Source: an uncultured virus (IMG/VR IMGVR_UViG_3300037067_017589) (taxonomy: Duplodnaviria; Heunggongvirae; Uroviricota; Caudoviricetes). From it: a stretch of 64,000 bases of DNA. The notes under the pieces are model-generated. The model saw only the letters and a program-made list of their open reading frames with translations. It searched no databases and was not told the DNA's origin. Position numbers and translations under genes: made by a program. The stretch is from the IMG/VR virus record IMGVR_UViG_3300037067_017589; one strand, given 5' to 3'. Position 1 is the stretch's first letter. Each line of letters opens with the position of its first letter. Of the stretch, positions 18,076 to 27,600 are shown in pieces.

Positions 18076-21000
18076 ATGGTTACTTTTGAAGATGTTATGA
18101 ATGTAAGTACTGAAGAATATTTTAATGGAAATCAATTTAGTATTGATGCCTTTAATAAAAAATATGCACAAGTTATAAATGGACAAAAAGAAACTTATGT
18201 TCAATCACTCAAAAGAGTTTGTGATTATATAGCTTCTTGTGAATCAACAGAAGAATTAAAAAAGTTTTGGTCTGATAGATGGTTTGATGAAATTTATAAT
18301 GATTGGTGGCATCCTGCAGGTTCTATTATGCAGGGTGCCTATTCTGGTAAATCTATTTCTATGTCTAATTGTTCCACTGTAAGTTTAGGCGGACAAGAAG
18401 ATACAAATTGGGATAACTTAGAATCTATTATAAAGAATACATCGTATACTGTTGCAAAAATGGCCGCATATCGCCAAGGCCTTGGGGTAGATTTTTCCAA
18501 GCTACGTCCAAGGGGATGTGAAGTAAGAAATTCATCAAATGAAAGCCAAGGAGTTATTCATTGGATGAAATTTATTGATTCTATTGGTAATTATATTGGA
18601 CAAAAGGGAAGAATTCCAGCAATGCTATTCTCTCTTTCTATTAACCATCCTGATGTTGAAGAATTTATTAAAGTAAAAAGTGACCATACAATTATTCAAA
18701 ATGCAAACATTTCAGTACAAACAAATGATGCTTTTTATAAAGCAGTAGATGAAGATGCTGATTGGGAAATGTCTTTTACAATTCCTAGTACAAAAAAAGG
18801 TGATCGTGTATATGTAGATATACATTCTACTGATATGGATTGTAAAAAGGATGAACAAGGAAGATATTATAGATTAGCTAAAAAAGATCGTTCAGAAGAA
18901 GTTGTAAAAAAAGTAGTAAAAGCTAGATATTTATTAGAATTAATTGCAAAGAATGCCATCTCACATGGAGAACCAGGTATCCAGCAAATTGATATGGCTA
19001 AATACTGGTCAAATAGTGATTATTTAACAGATCCTACTGGAGAATATTGCCCAAAAGTGATTAGTTCTAATGCGTGTTCAGAACAATATCTATCTAGAGA
19101 TAGTGTTTGTGTATTATCTTCTATTAATGCTGGACGTTTTAGTACGGAAAAAGATCTTTATACACAAGAATTAAAAACCATTTCTTATTCTGTTAATAGA
19201 TTTTTAGATAATGTAAATGAAATGGAATTGATTGGACAAACCTATTCAACTCCTCATCAGAGATTAGCTATTGAAAAACTTAGAAGGACAGGAGCTGGCA
19301 TTACAAATATTGCAGCTTGGTTCTTTAAGCAAAATTTAGAATATGGTTCAGAACAAGCTAATGAAGCATTATTTGATTTTAATAGATTATATAATTTTTA
19401 TTTATATGAATCATCTATTTCTCTTGGTAAAGAAAAAGGTTCATTTGGATTGTTTGTAAAAGAACAATATGAACAATCTCCATTCATTAAAAATATGATT
19501 GAGCAAGGTCTTGTATTTGAAACTATGCGTAATTGTACGTGTTCTAGCATTGCTCCAACTGGATGTATTGAAGAAAATACTAGAATTATTACAGATCGTG
19601 GGTTAGTTAAAATAAAAGATATTGTTAATGAGTATCCAGAAGAAAAACAATTTAGTTATAATGTTCCTGAAACATTTATTTCACATGAAAATGGTACTAG
19701 TAAAGTATTATCATTTTATAATAATGGAGAAGTTAATGGATATGTAATTGAGTTTGAAGATGGTCGTGAAATTAAAGTTTCAGAGACTCATAGAATTCGC
19801 ATACTTAAAGATGGGAAATATGATTGGGAATATGCTCCTAATTTAAAGATTGGTGATATTGCTATTCTTTGTAAAGGATCTGATAATGAACCAAAACAAT
19901 ATGTAAAATTAAATACTGACATATATAGTAATCATTCTAGTTCAATAAAAAATTTAAAATATCCAGTAGAATTGACTGAAGAGTTAGCAGAAATAATAGG
20001 ATTATTTACGGGTGATGGTAGTTTAAATTTTAGATGTACAGATGATAAAGCAAGTGCAATTAGATTTACAGTTTTTGATGAAGATATAGACCTTGTTGAA
20101 AAAATACAAACTTTAATTAAAAAATTATTTAATTGTGATGTTTCTATTGTTAAAACTAATAATGAAAAAACATTTACAGTAAGTATTTATTCTGTAAATG
20201 TTTGTAATTATTTTATTAAAAATGGATTTAGTAAAAAAGATTTTCCATCACGTGGAGTTGAAAATAATTATATTTATCATATTCCAGAATATATTTTCAA
20301 ATCTCCCAAATCAGTAATTTGTGCTTATTTAAGAGGTTTGTTTGAAGCAGATGGAACTTCTCATAGTTCTCATATTTCATTAAGTTCAAAACATAAAAAT
20401 ATTATGCAAGAGGTTCAAGAATTATTAACATATGTTGGTATACAATCATTTATAAATTTTAAAAAAAATATAAACAATATAGCTTGGTATAATCTTGATA
20501 TAAGATTTACATCTGATAAAAATTTATTTAAGAAAAAAATTGGATTTTTAAGTAATAGAAAAAATAACAAATTAAAAGTTTTTAAAAAAGATCAAGAAAA
20601 AATTTATATATTATCTTATATTTTAAAACAGTATCGTAAACAAATGCGTAATAAAAAATGCAATTTGTATAATAATATTAATTTAGTATTAAATAGACAT
20701 AAAGGGTTATTAACTCATATTAATAGAATTACTTTAAATAAAATTTATGATTTTATTAAATTTCCATTTAATTTTGATAATTATTTTAATTTAAAGATTA
20801 AAAATATTACCAGGGAAATAATAAAAACATATGATATTGAAGTAGACAATCCTGAACATACATATGTAACTGCAAATGGTGTTATAAATCATAATACTCT
20901 ATCTTTAATGTTTAGAGATTATATTATTTCAACTGGAGTGGAACCAGCTATTGGTATGTATTATTGGAAACGTACTAAAATTTCTGGGTTTTATGAATAT

Positions 21001-21999
21001 TATTTTTGTGTTCCAAATGTTGTTAGAACTACTTTTGAAAAAGCTGGATATTCAATTCCTATTAATTCTGATACTATTAAAGATACTTGGGATGGATCTA
21101 ATGGAATTCCAATTGCAAAATTTATTAATGAAAATGCTGAAAAAATTGGTATTAAATTTAAGAAATCTAGTGATATCAAACCTTTGGATAAATTAAATTT
21201 AATGTCAAAATTAATGAAATATGTTGATTCATCTATTTCGGTAACATATTCTTTATCAGAAAATTCTTCTTGGCAAGATATTTATAATCTTATTGTTCAA
21301 GCAAATAAAAAAGGTGTAAAGAGTCTTGCTGCTTATAAAGATAAGAAGATGTATGGAATTATTTCATATATTCCGTTTAAGCAATTAGCTTTTGAACTTA
21401 AAAATGATGGAATTAAAATTCATAATAGTAATTTTACCGAAGAAGAAGCTAAAGAACTTAATTTAATCGTATCAGATAGTGTAAAATCATTAAACGCTAC
21501 ACCAAGACAAAAAGAATTACCATGTGATGTTTATCAAGTAAAGGTACATGGTAAACAGTATATTATGGTAGTTGGTTTACAAAACAATATGCCATATGAA
21601 ATGTTTGGTGGATTAATTCCTGAAACAATGGCATTTAAGTTTAAGACCAAGAAGGGAACAATGACAAAAGAAGGTCATAGTAAATATAAATTAACTATAG
21701 ATGATTCTATTTCATTTAATGATTTTGGAGAATATTTTACAGCATCTGAACAAATGTTATTTAGAATGGTATCTATTTCATTAAGACATTCTATTCCTAT
21801 TAAATATATTGTAGATCAATTGGGGAAAGCAGCTGAGGATGTTTCTGATTTAGCAGCAGCTACTTCTAGAGTATTGAAGAAATACATTATAGATGGTGAA
21901 AGTGCTGGAGGTGAATGTCCAAGTTGTGGTAGAAAAGAATTAATATATATGGATGGGTGTATATCTTGTACATGTGGATGGAGTAAGGGTTGTGGTTGA
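18076..21999 (+). CDS. nrdJ: Class II (adenosylcobalamin-type) ribonucleotide reductase with intein
   Basis: SNC, GEPG, catalytic NACSE, CVLSSIN, SIAPTG|T, and a C-terminal domain ending in a Cys-rich ribbon (CPSC...CISCTCGWSKGCG). No nrdB in the window. Confidence 0.8.
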   Translation: MVTFEDVMNVSTEEYFNGNQFSIDAFNKKYAQVINGQKETYVQSLKRVCDYIASCESTEELKKFWSDRWFDEIYNDWWHPAGSIMQGAYSGKSISMSNCSTVSLGGQEDTNWDNLESIIKNTSYTVAKMAAYRQGLGVDFSKLRPRGCEVRNSSNESQGVIHWMKFIDSIGNYIGQKGRIPAMLFSLSINHPDVEEFIKVKSDHTIIQNANISVQTNDAFYKAVDEDADWEMSFTIPSTKKGDRVYVDIHSTDMDCKKDEQGRYYRLAKKDRSEEVVKKVVKARYLLELIAKNAISHGEPGIQQIDMAKYWSNSDYLTDPTGEYCPKVISSNACSEQYLSRDSVCVLSSINAGRFSTEKDLYTQELKTISYSVNRFLDNVNEMELIGQTYSTPHQRLAIEKLRRTGAGITNIAAWFFKQNLEYGSEQANEALFDFNRLYNFYLYESSISLGKEKGSFGLFVKEQYEQSPFIKNMIEQGLVFETMRNCTCSSIAPTGCIEENTRIITDRGLVKIKDIVNEYPEEKQFSYNVPETFISHENGTSKVLSFYNNGEVNGYVIEFEDGREIKVSETHRIRILKDGKYDWEYAPNLKIGDIAILCKGSDNEPKQYVKLNTDIYSNHSSSIKNLKYPVELTEELAEIIGLFTGDGSLNFRCTDDKASAIRFTVFDEDIDLVEKIQTLIKKLFNCDVSIVKTNNEKTFTVSIYSVNVCNYFIKNGFSKKDFPSRGVENNYIYHIPEYIFKSPKSVICAYLRGLFEADGTSHSSHISLSSKHKNIMQEVQELLTYVGIQSFINFKKNINNIAWYNLDIRFTSDKNLFKKKIGFLSNRKNNKLKVFKKDQEKIYILSYILKQYRKQMRNKKCNLYNNINLVLNRHKGLLTHINRITLNKIYDFIKFPFNFDNYFNLKIKNITREIIKTYDIEVDNPEHTYVTANGVINHNTLSLMFRDYIISTGVEPAIGMYYWKRTKISGFYEYYFCVPNVVRTTFEKAGYSIPINSDTIKDTWDGSNGIPIAKFINENAEKIGIKFKKSSDIKPLDKLNLMSKLMKYVDSSISVTYSLSENSSWQDIYNLIVQANKKGVKSLAAYKDKKMYGIISYIPFKQLAFELKNDGIKIHNSNFTEEEAKELNLIVSDSVKSLNATPRQKELPCDVYQVKVHGKQYIMVVGLQNNMPYEMFGGLIPETMAFKFKTKKGTMTKEGHSKYKLTIDDSISFNDFGEYFTASEQMLFRMVSISLRHSIPIKYIVDQLGKAAEDVSDLAAATSRVLKKYIIDGESAGGECPSCGRKELIYMDGCISCTCGWSKGCG
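19564..20895 (+). mobile_element. Intein, 444 aa, with a LAGLIDADG homing endonuclease
   Basis: Starts CIEENTRI after APTG and ends GVINHN before Thr; motifs LAEIIGLFTGDG and YLRGLFEADG. Confidence 0.9.
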
Positions 22000-22348
22000 A
22001 AAAAGATCTATATATTTAGATAGAGAAGATGCAAAAACAGTTGAAGAAGAAGAAAGAAATTCTTTTTTAAGAGATATTTTAGAAAAAATTGGAATTCCTG
22101 TAGAAGAATTCTGGCCTGATATATATTTAACAATAGAACAAAAAATATCTTTAAGAGATTTATTATTAAAATTAGAGATTGAAATAATTGACAATGGTGA
22201 TAGAGGATCTATTATATATCATAAAGGTATTTTATTTGCAGAATGGTTTAAACCTAAATTTATTACCAAACAAAATAAACAGACGAGAAATTTATCAAAA
22301 CAACTTTATTATGAAATGATTATAGAAACTTGGAGTATTTTTGATTAA
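21953..22348 (+). CDS. Hypothetical protein (true start possibly GTG near 21992)
   Basis: Open frame overlapping the nrdJ end. Confidence 0.55.
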   Translation: MGVYLVHVDGVRVVVEKRSIYLDREDAKTVEEEERNSFLRDILEKIGIPVEEFWPDIYLTIEQKISLRDLLLKLEIEIIDNGDRGSIIYHKGILFAEWFKPKFITKQNKQTRNLSKQLYYEMIIETWSIFD

Positions 22349-22399
22349 TTAAAATTTGTGTGATATATAAATAAATTGATAATTATAAGGAGCAATATA

Positions 22400-22633
22400 A
22401 TGAAAACAACTAAAGTAGATGTGGAAGAATTAAAGGGTATTATTGAAGCACGTACTAAGGGTATTGAAACTGCTACAGCCGCTGAAAAAACAGTAAAGGA
22501 TGCAAGAATTGCTGAACTTGAATATAAACTTCAATTACAACAATTTTTCCTTGAGCGTGGTTTAGACCCGCGTTGTAATGTTGATATTAATACTGGTGTT
22601 ATTACTTGGCCAGAAGAAGAAGTATCTGTTTAA
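22400..22633 (+). CDS. Small hypothetical protein
   Basis: AAGGAG RBS before ATG 22400; its TAA stop is part of the TTTAA target of element copy 4. Confidence 0.65.
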   Translation: MKTTKVDVEELKGIIEARTKGIETATAAEKTVKDARIAELEYKLQLQQFFLERGLDPRCNVDINTGVITWPEEEVSV

Positions 22634-22895
22634 CCTTTTTCAACAATAAATCCCTTTCCTTTAGGAGAAGGATGAATTGTTGTTAAACTTTTTTCTTTAT
22701 TTTAGGAATCTCTTGATATATTCTGAATAGAAGATCACATGGTGCTATTTTTTAGCACAAAGATTCTTAGAAAAACGAATTAAAATTTTAATTATTAAAC
22801 ATTTATTGCCTGGGACAAGCTATTGAGGATGATCCTCAATATGTTGGAACCATGAGGATCCAAAAACCCCTTACTTTTAGGTGAGGGTAGTTCAC
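22634..22895 (+). mobile_element. Non-autonomous IS200/IS605-type element, copy 4, 262 bp, degenerate, opposite orientation
   Basis: TTTAA | CCTTTTTCAACAATAAATCCCTTTCCTTTAGG ... TTTAGGTGAGGGTAGTTCAC; internal deletions relative to copies 1-3. Confidence 0.9.
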
Positions 22896-22942
22896 AAATT
22901 ATAAGAATAGTAAATAATGCTGTTAAAATTATAGGAATTATA

Positions 22943-23179
22943 ATGTCAAATAAAATTAATCTGAATAATTTAGCAGCATTAGTTGCTGTTAGAAATCATA
23001 TATATGTAGTTTTAAATGATAAGAGTGCATGTCAGAAATCTGATTTTCAAGAACTAAATAAAATAAGATTAGATCTTGATAAACAATTTGTAGAAAATCT
23101 TAAACATTTAGATGTTAATTCTTTATTTTCATTGGAAAAAAATAAAGATAGAGTTATAAATAAAAATAAGCAAAAATAA
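22943..23179 (+). CDS. Small hypothetical protein
   Basis: 78-aa ORF with AGGA RBS. Confidence 0.55.
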   Translation: MSNKINLNNLAALVAVRNHIYVVLNDKSACQKSDFQELNKIRLDLDKQFVENLKHLDVNSLFSLEKNKDRVINKNKQK

Positions 23180-23201
23180 GCAAGAATAGAAAGATAATAA
23201 G

Positions 23202-24011
23202 ATGACTTTAGATAATGGACAAATAATTGTCTTAAAAGATAAAAAATGGATTAAAAGACAAAAAATTGCTGGTGATGTTATTAAAAATATTCATCATGAA
23301 TTTTTTAAAATGATAAAAGGTATGTCTAAAAATCTTACTTTATCTTCTTTGGAAAAAGTTGCTAATAATATTATTGATAATTCTGGATGTACTCCTACAT
23401 TTTTACATTATCGTGGTTTTCCAACATCTGTTTGTGCTTCTTTAAATAAAGAATTAGTACATGGTTTTGCAAATCGTGATATTATACTTCAATCTGGAGA
23501 TGTATTAACATTAGATGTTGGAGTTACTTTTCAATCTGCAATTGCTGATTGTGCTGTGACTTATATATATGGGAAACCAAAAGATGATAAAATAATGAAA
23601 TTATTATTTTCTTGTCAAAATGCTTTATATGATGCAATAGAAGTATTTAAACCAGGAAATAAAATTGGAGAAATTGGAAATGTAATACATAAAAAATCTA
23701 AAGATGATGGTTTTGGTGTTATAACTATGTATGGTGGTCATGGAATAGATAGTGATATGCTACACGCATCTCCATTTATTGCTAATAAATCAAAATCAAG
23801 TGACGGTGTGATAATTAGACCAGGAATGTCAATTGCAATTGAACCAATGTTTGTATTTGGTAAAAACACAAATACAAAAATACTTAATGATAAATGGACA
23901 GTTATAACAAAAGAAATAGGTGTTCATTTTGAACACAGTGTTACTATAGATGAAGATGGTAATAAACATATTATTACAGATCATAAAATTTTTGTTAAAG
24001 ATTTTATTTAG
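23202..24011 (+). CDS. map: Methionine aminopeptidase, type I
   Basis: YRGFPTSVCASLN..LVHG and metal-ligand motifs DVG, DCA, GHGI, IEPM, HFEHSV. Confidence 0.9.
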   Translation: MTLDNGQIIVLKDKKWIKRQKIAGDVIKNIHHEFFKMIKGMSKNLTLSSLEKVANNIIDNSGCTPTFLHYRGFPTSVCASLNKELVHGFANRDIILQSGDVLTLDVGVTFQSAIADCAVTYIYGKPKDDKIMKLLFSCQNALYDAIEVFKPGNKIGEIGNVIHKKSKDDGFGVITMYGGHGIDSDMLHASPFIANKSKSSDGVIIRPGMSIAIEPMFVFGKNTNTKILNDKWTVITKEIGVHFEHSVTIDEDGNKHIITDHKIFVKDFI

Positions 24012-24022
24012 AAGGTTAAAAC

Positions 24023-24235
24023 ATGAGAATTACATTTAATGATGGTGGATATTTGGAATTTCAAAGATCAAATAAACCATATTATGTATTTGTAAGTATT
24101 GCATCTAGAAATGTTAATAACCCATTACAATTATTAGTTAATTCTGCAGAAATTAAATTAAGTCAATTACTTGATGGTGTAAAAGCCATATCAGGACCAA
24201 TAACATTAGAAGAAAAAAAGGAAGAAAATGAATAA
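24023..24235 (+). CDS. Small hypothetical protein
   Basis: 70-aa ORF in the operon. Confidence 0.5.
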   Translation: MRITFNDGGYLEFQRSNKPYYVFVSIASRNVNNPLQLLVNSAEIKLSQLLDGVKAISGPITLEEKKEENE

Positions 24236-24530
24236 TATTCAATCATTTATTAAAAATATCAGTAGAACACAAGTTAAAAATAATACTCAGAGAGTTGCTC
24301 TTCGTTTACTTTCAGTAGGAGGAGAATGGATTCCAAGACATAAGTTAACCAGAGTTCCATCAGGAACTGCTAGAGTTAGGGATTTGCGTAAAGAAACATA
24401 TGGTGGTTTTGAAGTTGAATGTAAGAGTTCTTATGAATTAAATCGACATACTAGTAAGAAAACTTATTATTATAGAATCAATCCAAATAGTGTAACTTTT
24501 TCTCAAGTTGAAAAATTATTTTTAGTATAA
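24228..24530 (+). CDS. Small basic protein, possibly winged-helix DNA-binding
   Basis: L....GEW...SGTARVRDLRK..YGGF.V...YYYRI resembles phage wHTH proteins. Confidence 0.5.
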   Translation: MNNIQSFIKNISRTQVKNNTQRVALRLLSVGGEWIPRHKLTRVPSGTARVRDLRKETYGGFEVECKSSYELNRHTSKKTYYYRINPNSVTFSQVEKLFLV

Positions 24531-24551
24531 TTAATATATAAATTAAATAGT

Positions 24552-24587
24552 AAAAAGCTCGGGAATGAAAACTTCCCGAGCTTTTTT
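24552..24587 (+). terminator. Intrinsic terminator closing the non-structural block
   Basis: AAAAAGCTCGGGAA-loop-TTCCCGAGCTTTTTT. Confidence 0.85.
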
Positions 24588-24645
24588 AATTGGAGTGCAT
24601 AATTTGGAATATATTTGAAAAATATTTTAAATTACTTGAGGAATA

Positions 24646-27600
24646 ATGGTAAGGCTTTATAATCCATCATTTATATATACTCGTTATCCATTTGATTTCG
24701 ATGACCCTACACCAGGAGATACTCATGGTTTACCTACAGTTATAGATTTAAAAACTCCAGTAAAAGCAGAGGTTGTAAATCGTCAAAAAGATTCAATTTT
24801 AGCTATTGAGTCTGAATTGGGTATAAAGCCTAGTGGAACATATGGAACTGTACGTGCCAGACTTGATGCTTTAGAGAGTCGTGATGGATATAATGATGGA
24901 TATGCTTATATTGATATTAGAAATAACGGTGTTTCAATTGTAAATCCAGTATCTGTTATTAATTTTATTGGTAGTGGAGTTTCAGTTGCAAAAGTTGGAA
25001 CAGATGAAGCAGAAATAACAATTACTGGTGGTGGAAGTGATGGTTACAGCAGTGATGGATATTGTCCAATTCATGAAGCTTTAATAGTTTCTTCTCCAGG
25101 TCAAACAACATTTACTCTTTTAACAAAACCTTGGTTAAATTCACTTGCATTATTTATAGATGGTATAAAACAGGAGATTGGAGACTATTCAATATCTAGT
25201 AAAACTCTTACATGGTTAGGAACACAAACATTAAGAACTACTGATATTGTAGAAGTTTATTATTCTAAAGTTATATTTATTGCTGGAGTGAATGGTGGTG
25301 AAAGTTTATCAGAAACATTATCAATTGGAAATATTACTGATGGTACTGATATTGTAATTACAGAAAATGATAAAATTTATAGTACAGGTAGTTTTACAAT
25401 AGAAATAAATGAAAGTACTTATTATGGCGCTATAAAAACATTAAATATTAATAATAATACATTTGGTTCTATAAATATGTTTGTAGGAAGGGATGGTGGC
25501 TCATCATTATCTTTAGACGGATATGGTATAGCTACATTATCATCAGATGATGTGTGTACATTATCTTCAAAAAATAAGACTGTAGTTAAAGTAGAAAATG
25601 ATGATAATGTAATTCAAATTTGTTCAACTAGTTTTAATCCTGGAAGTGCTATTGAATTATGGGTAGGTAATGAAGAAGAATATCATAATCGTTTTATAAG
25701 AATTAATGAAACAAGTATGTGTTCAGTATTAGATCCTAATAATACATATCCAGGAAATCCAGGAATAGATCTTGGTGCAAATCAAGATGGATATCGTTGG
25801 GGATCTTTATATGCTGCTGATGGTTATTTTACAAACAATTTAACAGTTAATAATTTAATAAATTCAAATGGAATAGTATTAAGTGATGGTTGTAGTATTA
25901 TTGGAACTACAAGTTTATTAAGTTCTGGTGGTAGTATTTATTTACTTGGAGGAGATGGTTATGATATTGGAGGTGAATTAACCATTGGTGGAGGAAATAG
26001 TTCAAATTCTATTGGTGGAAATACAGTTATCACTTCAGGAAATGGTTATGAATATCCAGGTGATATTGCTTTGTTTGCAGGAACTAGTTCAATTGGTTAT
26101 GGTGGAAATATTCATCTTATTTGTGGTGATAGTGGATCTGGAGAAAATCTAGGTGGACGTTTACAGATTGAAGCTGGTGATGGTTATTATGGAGGATCTG
26201 TTAATATTTATGCTGGAGAAGGTAGTTTATATGGAGGAGATGTTTTAATACTTCCTGGTGCAGCTACTGATGGTTTAGATGGAAGAATTCTGTTTTTAGA
26301 TTCTGAATTTAATCTTGTTGTTAAAATTGATAAAGATTGTGATATTGCACCATTAGAAGTTTATTACGATAGTTATTTTGCAAATAATGTAACAATTGGT
26401 GGAAAATTAACGGTTGATGGATTAATAGATCCAACAGGATTAGTATTAGTTGGTCAAAATTCAGTTCCTGGTGGAAATCCAGTTGATGGAAGTTCAACTT
26501 TATGGTTTAGAAATTCAGATGGTTATTTAATATCAACTGATAAAAATGGAAATGATATTGTAATTAATGGAATAGTTCCAGGAGCAGGAGATGCTAATAA
26601 AATAGTACAAGCCAGCTCTACTGGTAATGGAATTGATTATTCAATTATTGAATCATCTTTATCTAGTAGTATTGAAAATGATGGTCAAAGACATTTTAAA
26701 CGTAATGATACTGTTGTTATTACAGATTATCCTTATTCTGCTTCTGATCATTATATTTCTACTACAGGATCTATTAATAATGGATCTTCTACTTTAATTG
26801 TTGCAGATGGTTCTGAATTATTAAATAATTATGGAATAGTTATTCAAGGTGCAGGATCTGCACATGGATTAAAAACACCTAATGCTCCAGAAGTTTTTCA
26901 ACAAGGCACTACAGGAGCATCAACAGTAGAAGTTAAAGTAGTAGCAGCAACTCGTCATAGAGGCTATACAGTAGCATCATCTGCTACTACTATAGTAAAT
27001 GCCGCAGCGGCATTTACTAAAACAAATTGGTTAGGAGTTTGGCCAGAAATTATTCCAGGTGCAACATGGTATTTAATTTATGTAAGAAGAGGTGGAGTTG
27101 GAAGTTTTACACTTAGAAAAGTTATTCCTGGACAAATAACATTAAGTTATTCAAATGCTACTGGATCACATAGACCTGTAGTAGTTATTGATTCTGAAAC
27201 AGCCATTTCTACATTACCAATGTTTCCATTAACAGAACCTGTATCATCACAATCAAACTATTTAAGAACACGTATTATTTCAGGTGGTGGAACAACAAAT
27301 CTTATAATTAATACACCTGCTAGAACTACAGTTTCTAGTTTAAATGTATATAATGATAATTGGTCTGCTATTACAGATGCTCTTGATTCTTTTCCAAAAA
27401 TGCCAAATTCTCCAATATATCTTGGAGGAGATATTGAAATTCCACGTGGTGAATTTTTAATTTGGGATGATATACATGTAATGAAAACATCTTCAATTCG
27501 TGGACATGGTGGTAACTGGAATATTCCAATATCACAAATTAGACCTATAGATTCTCTTTATGGATTATCTATAGATCATAATAGAGATTGTCCTCAATGG

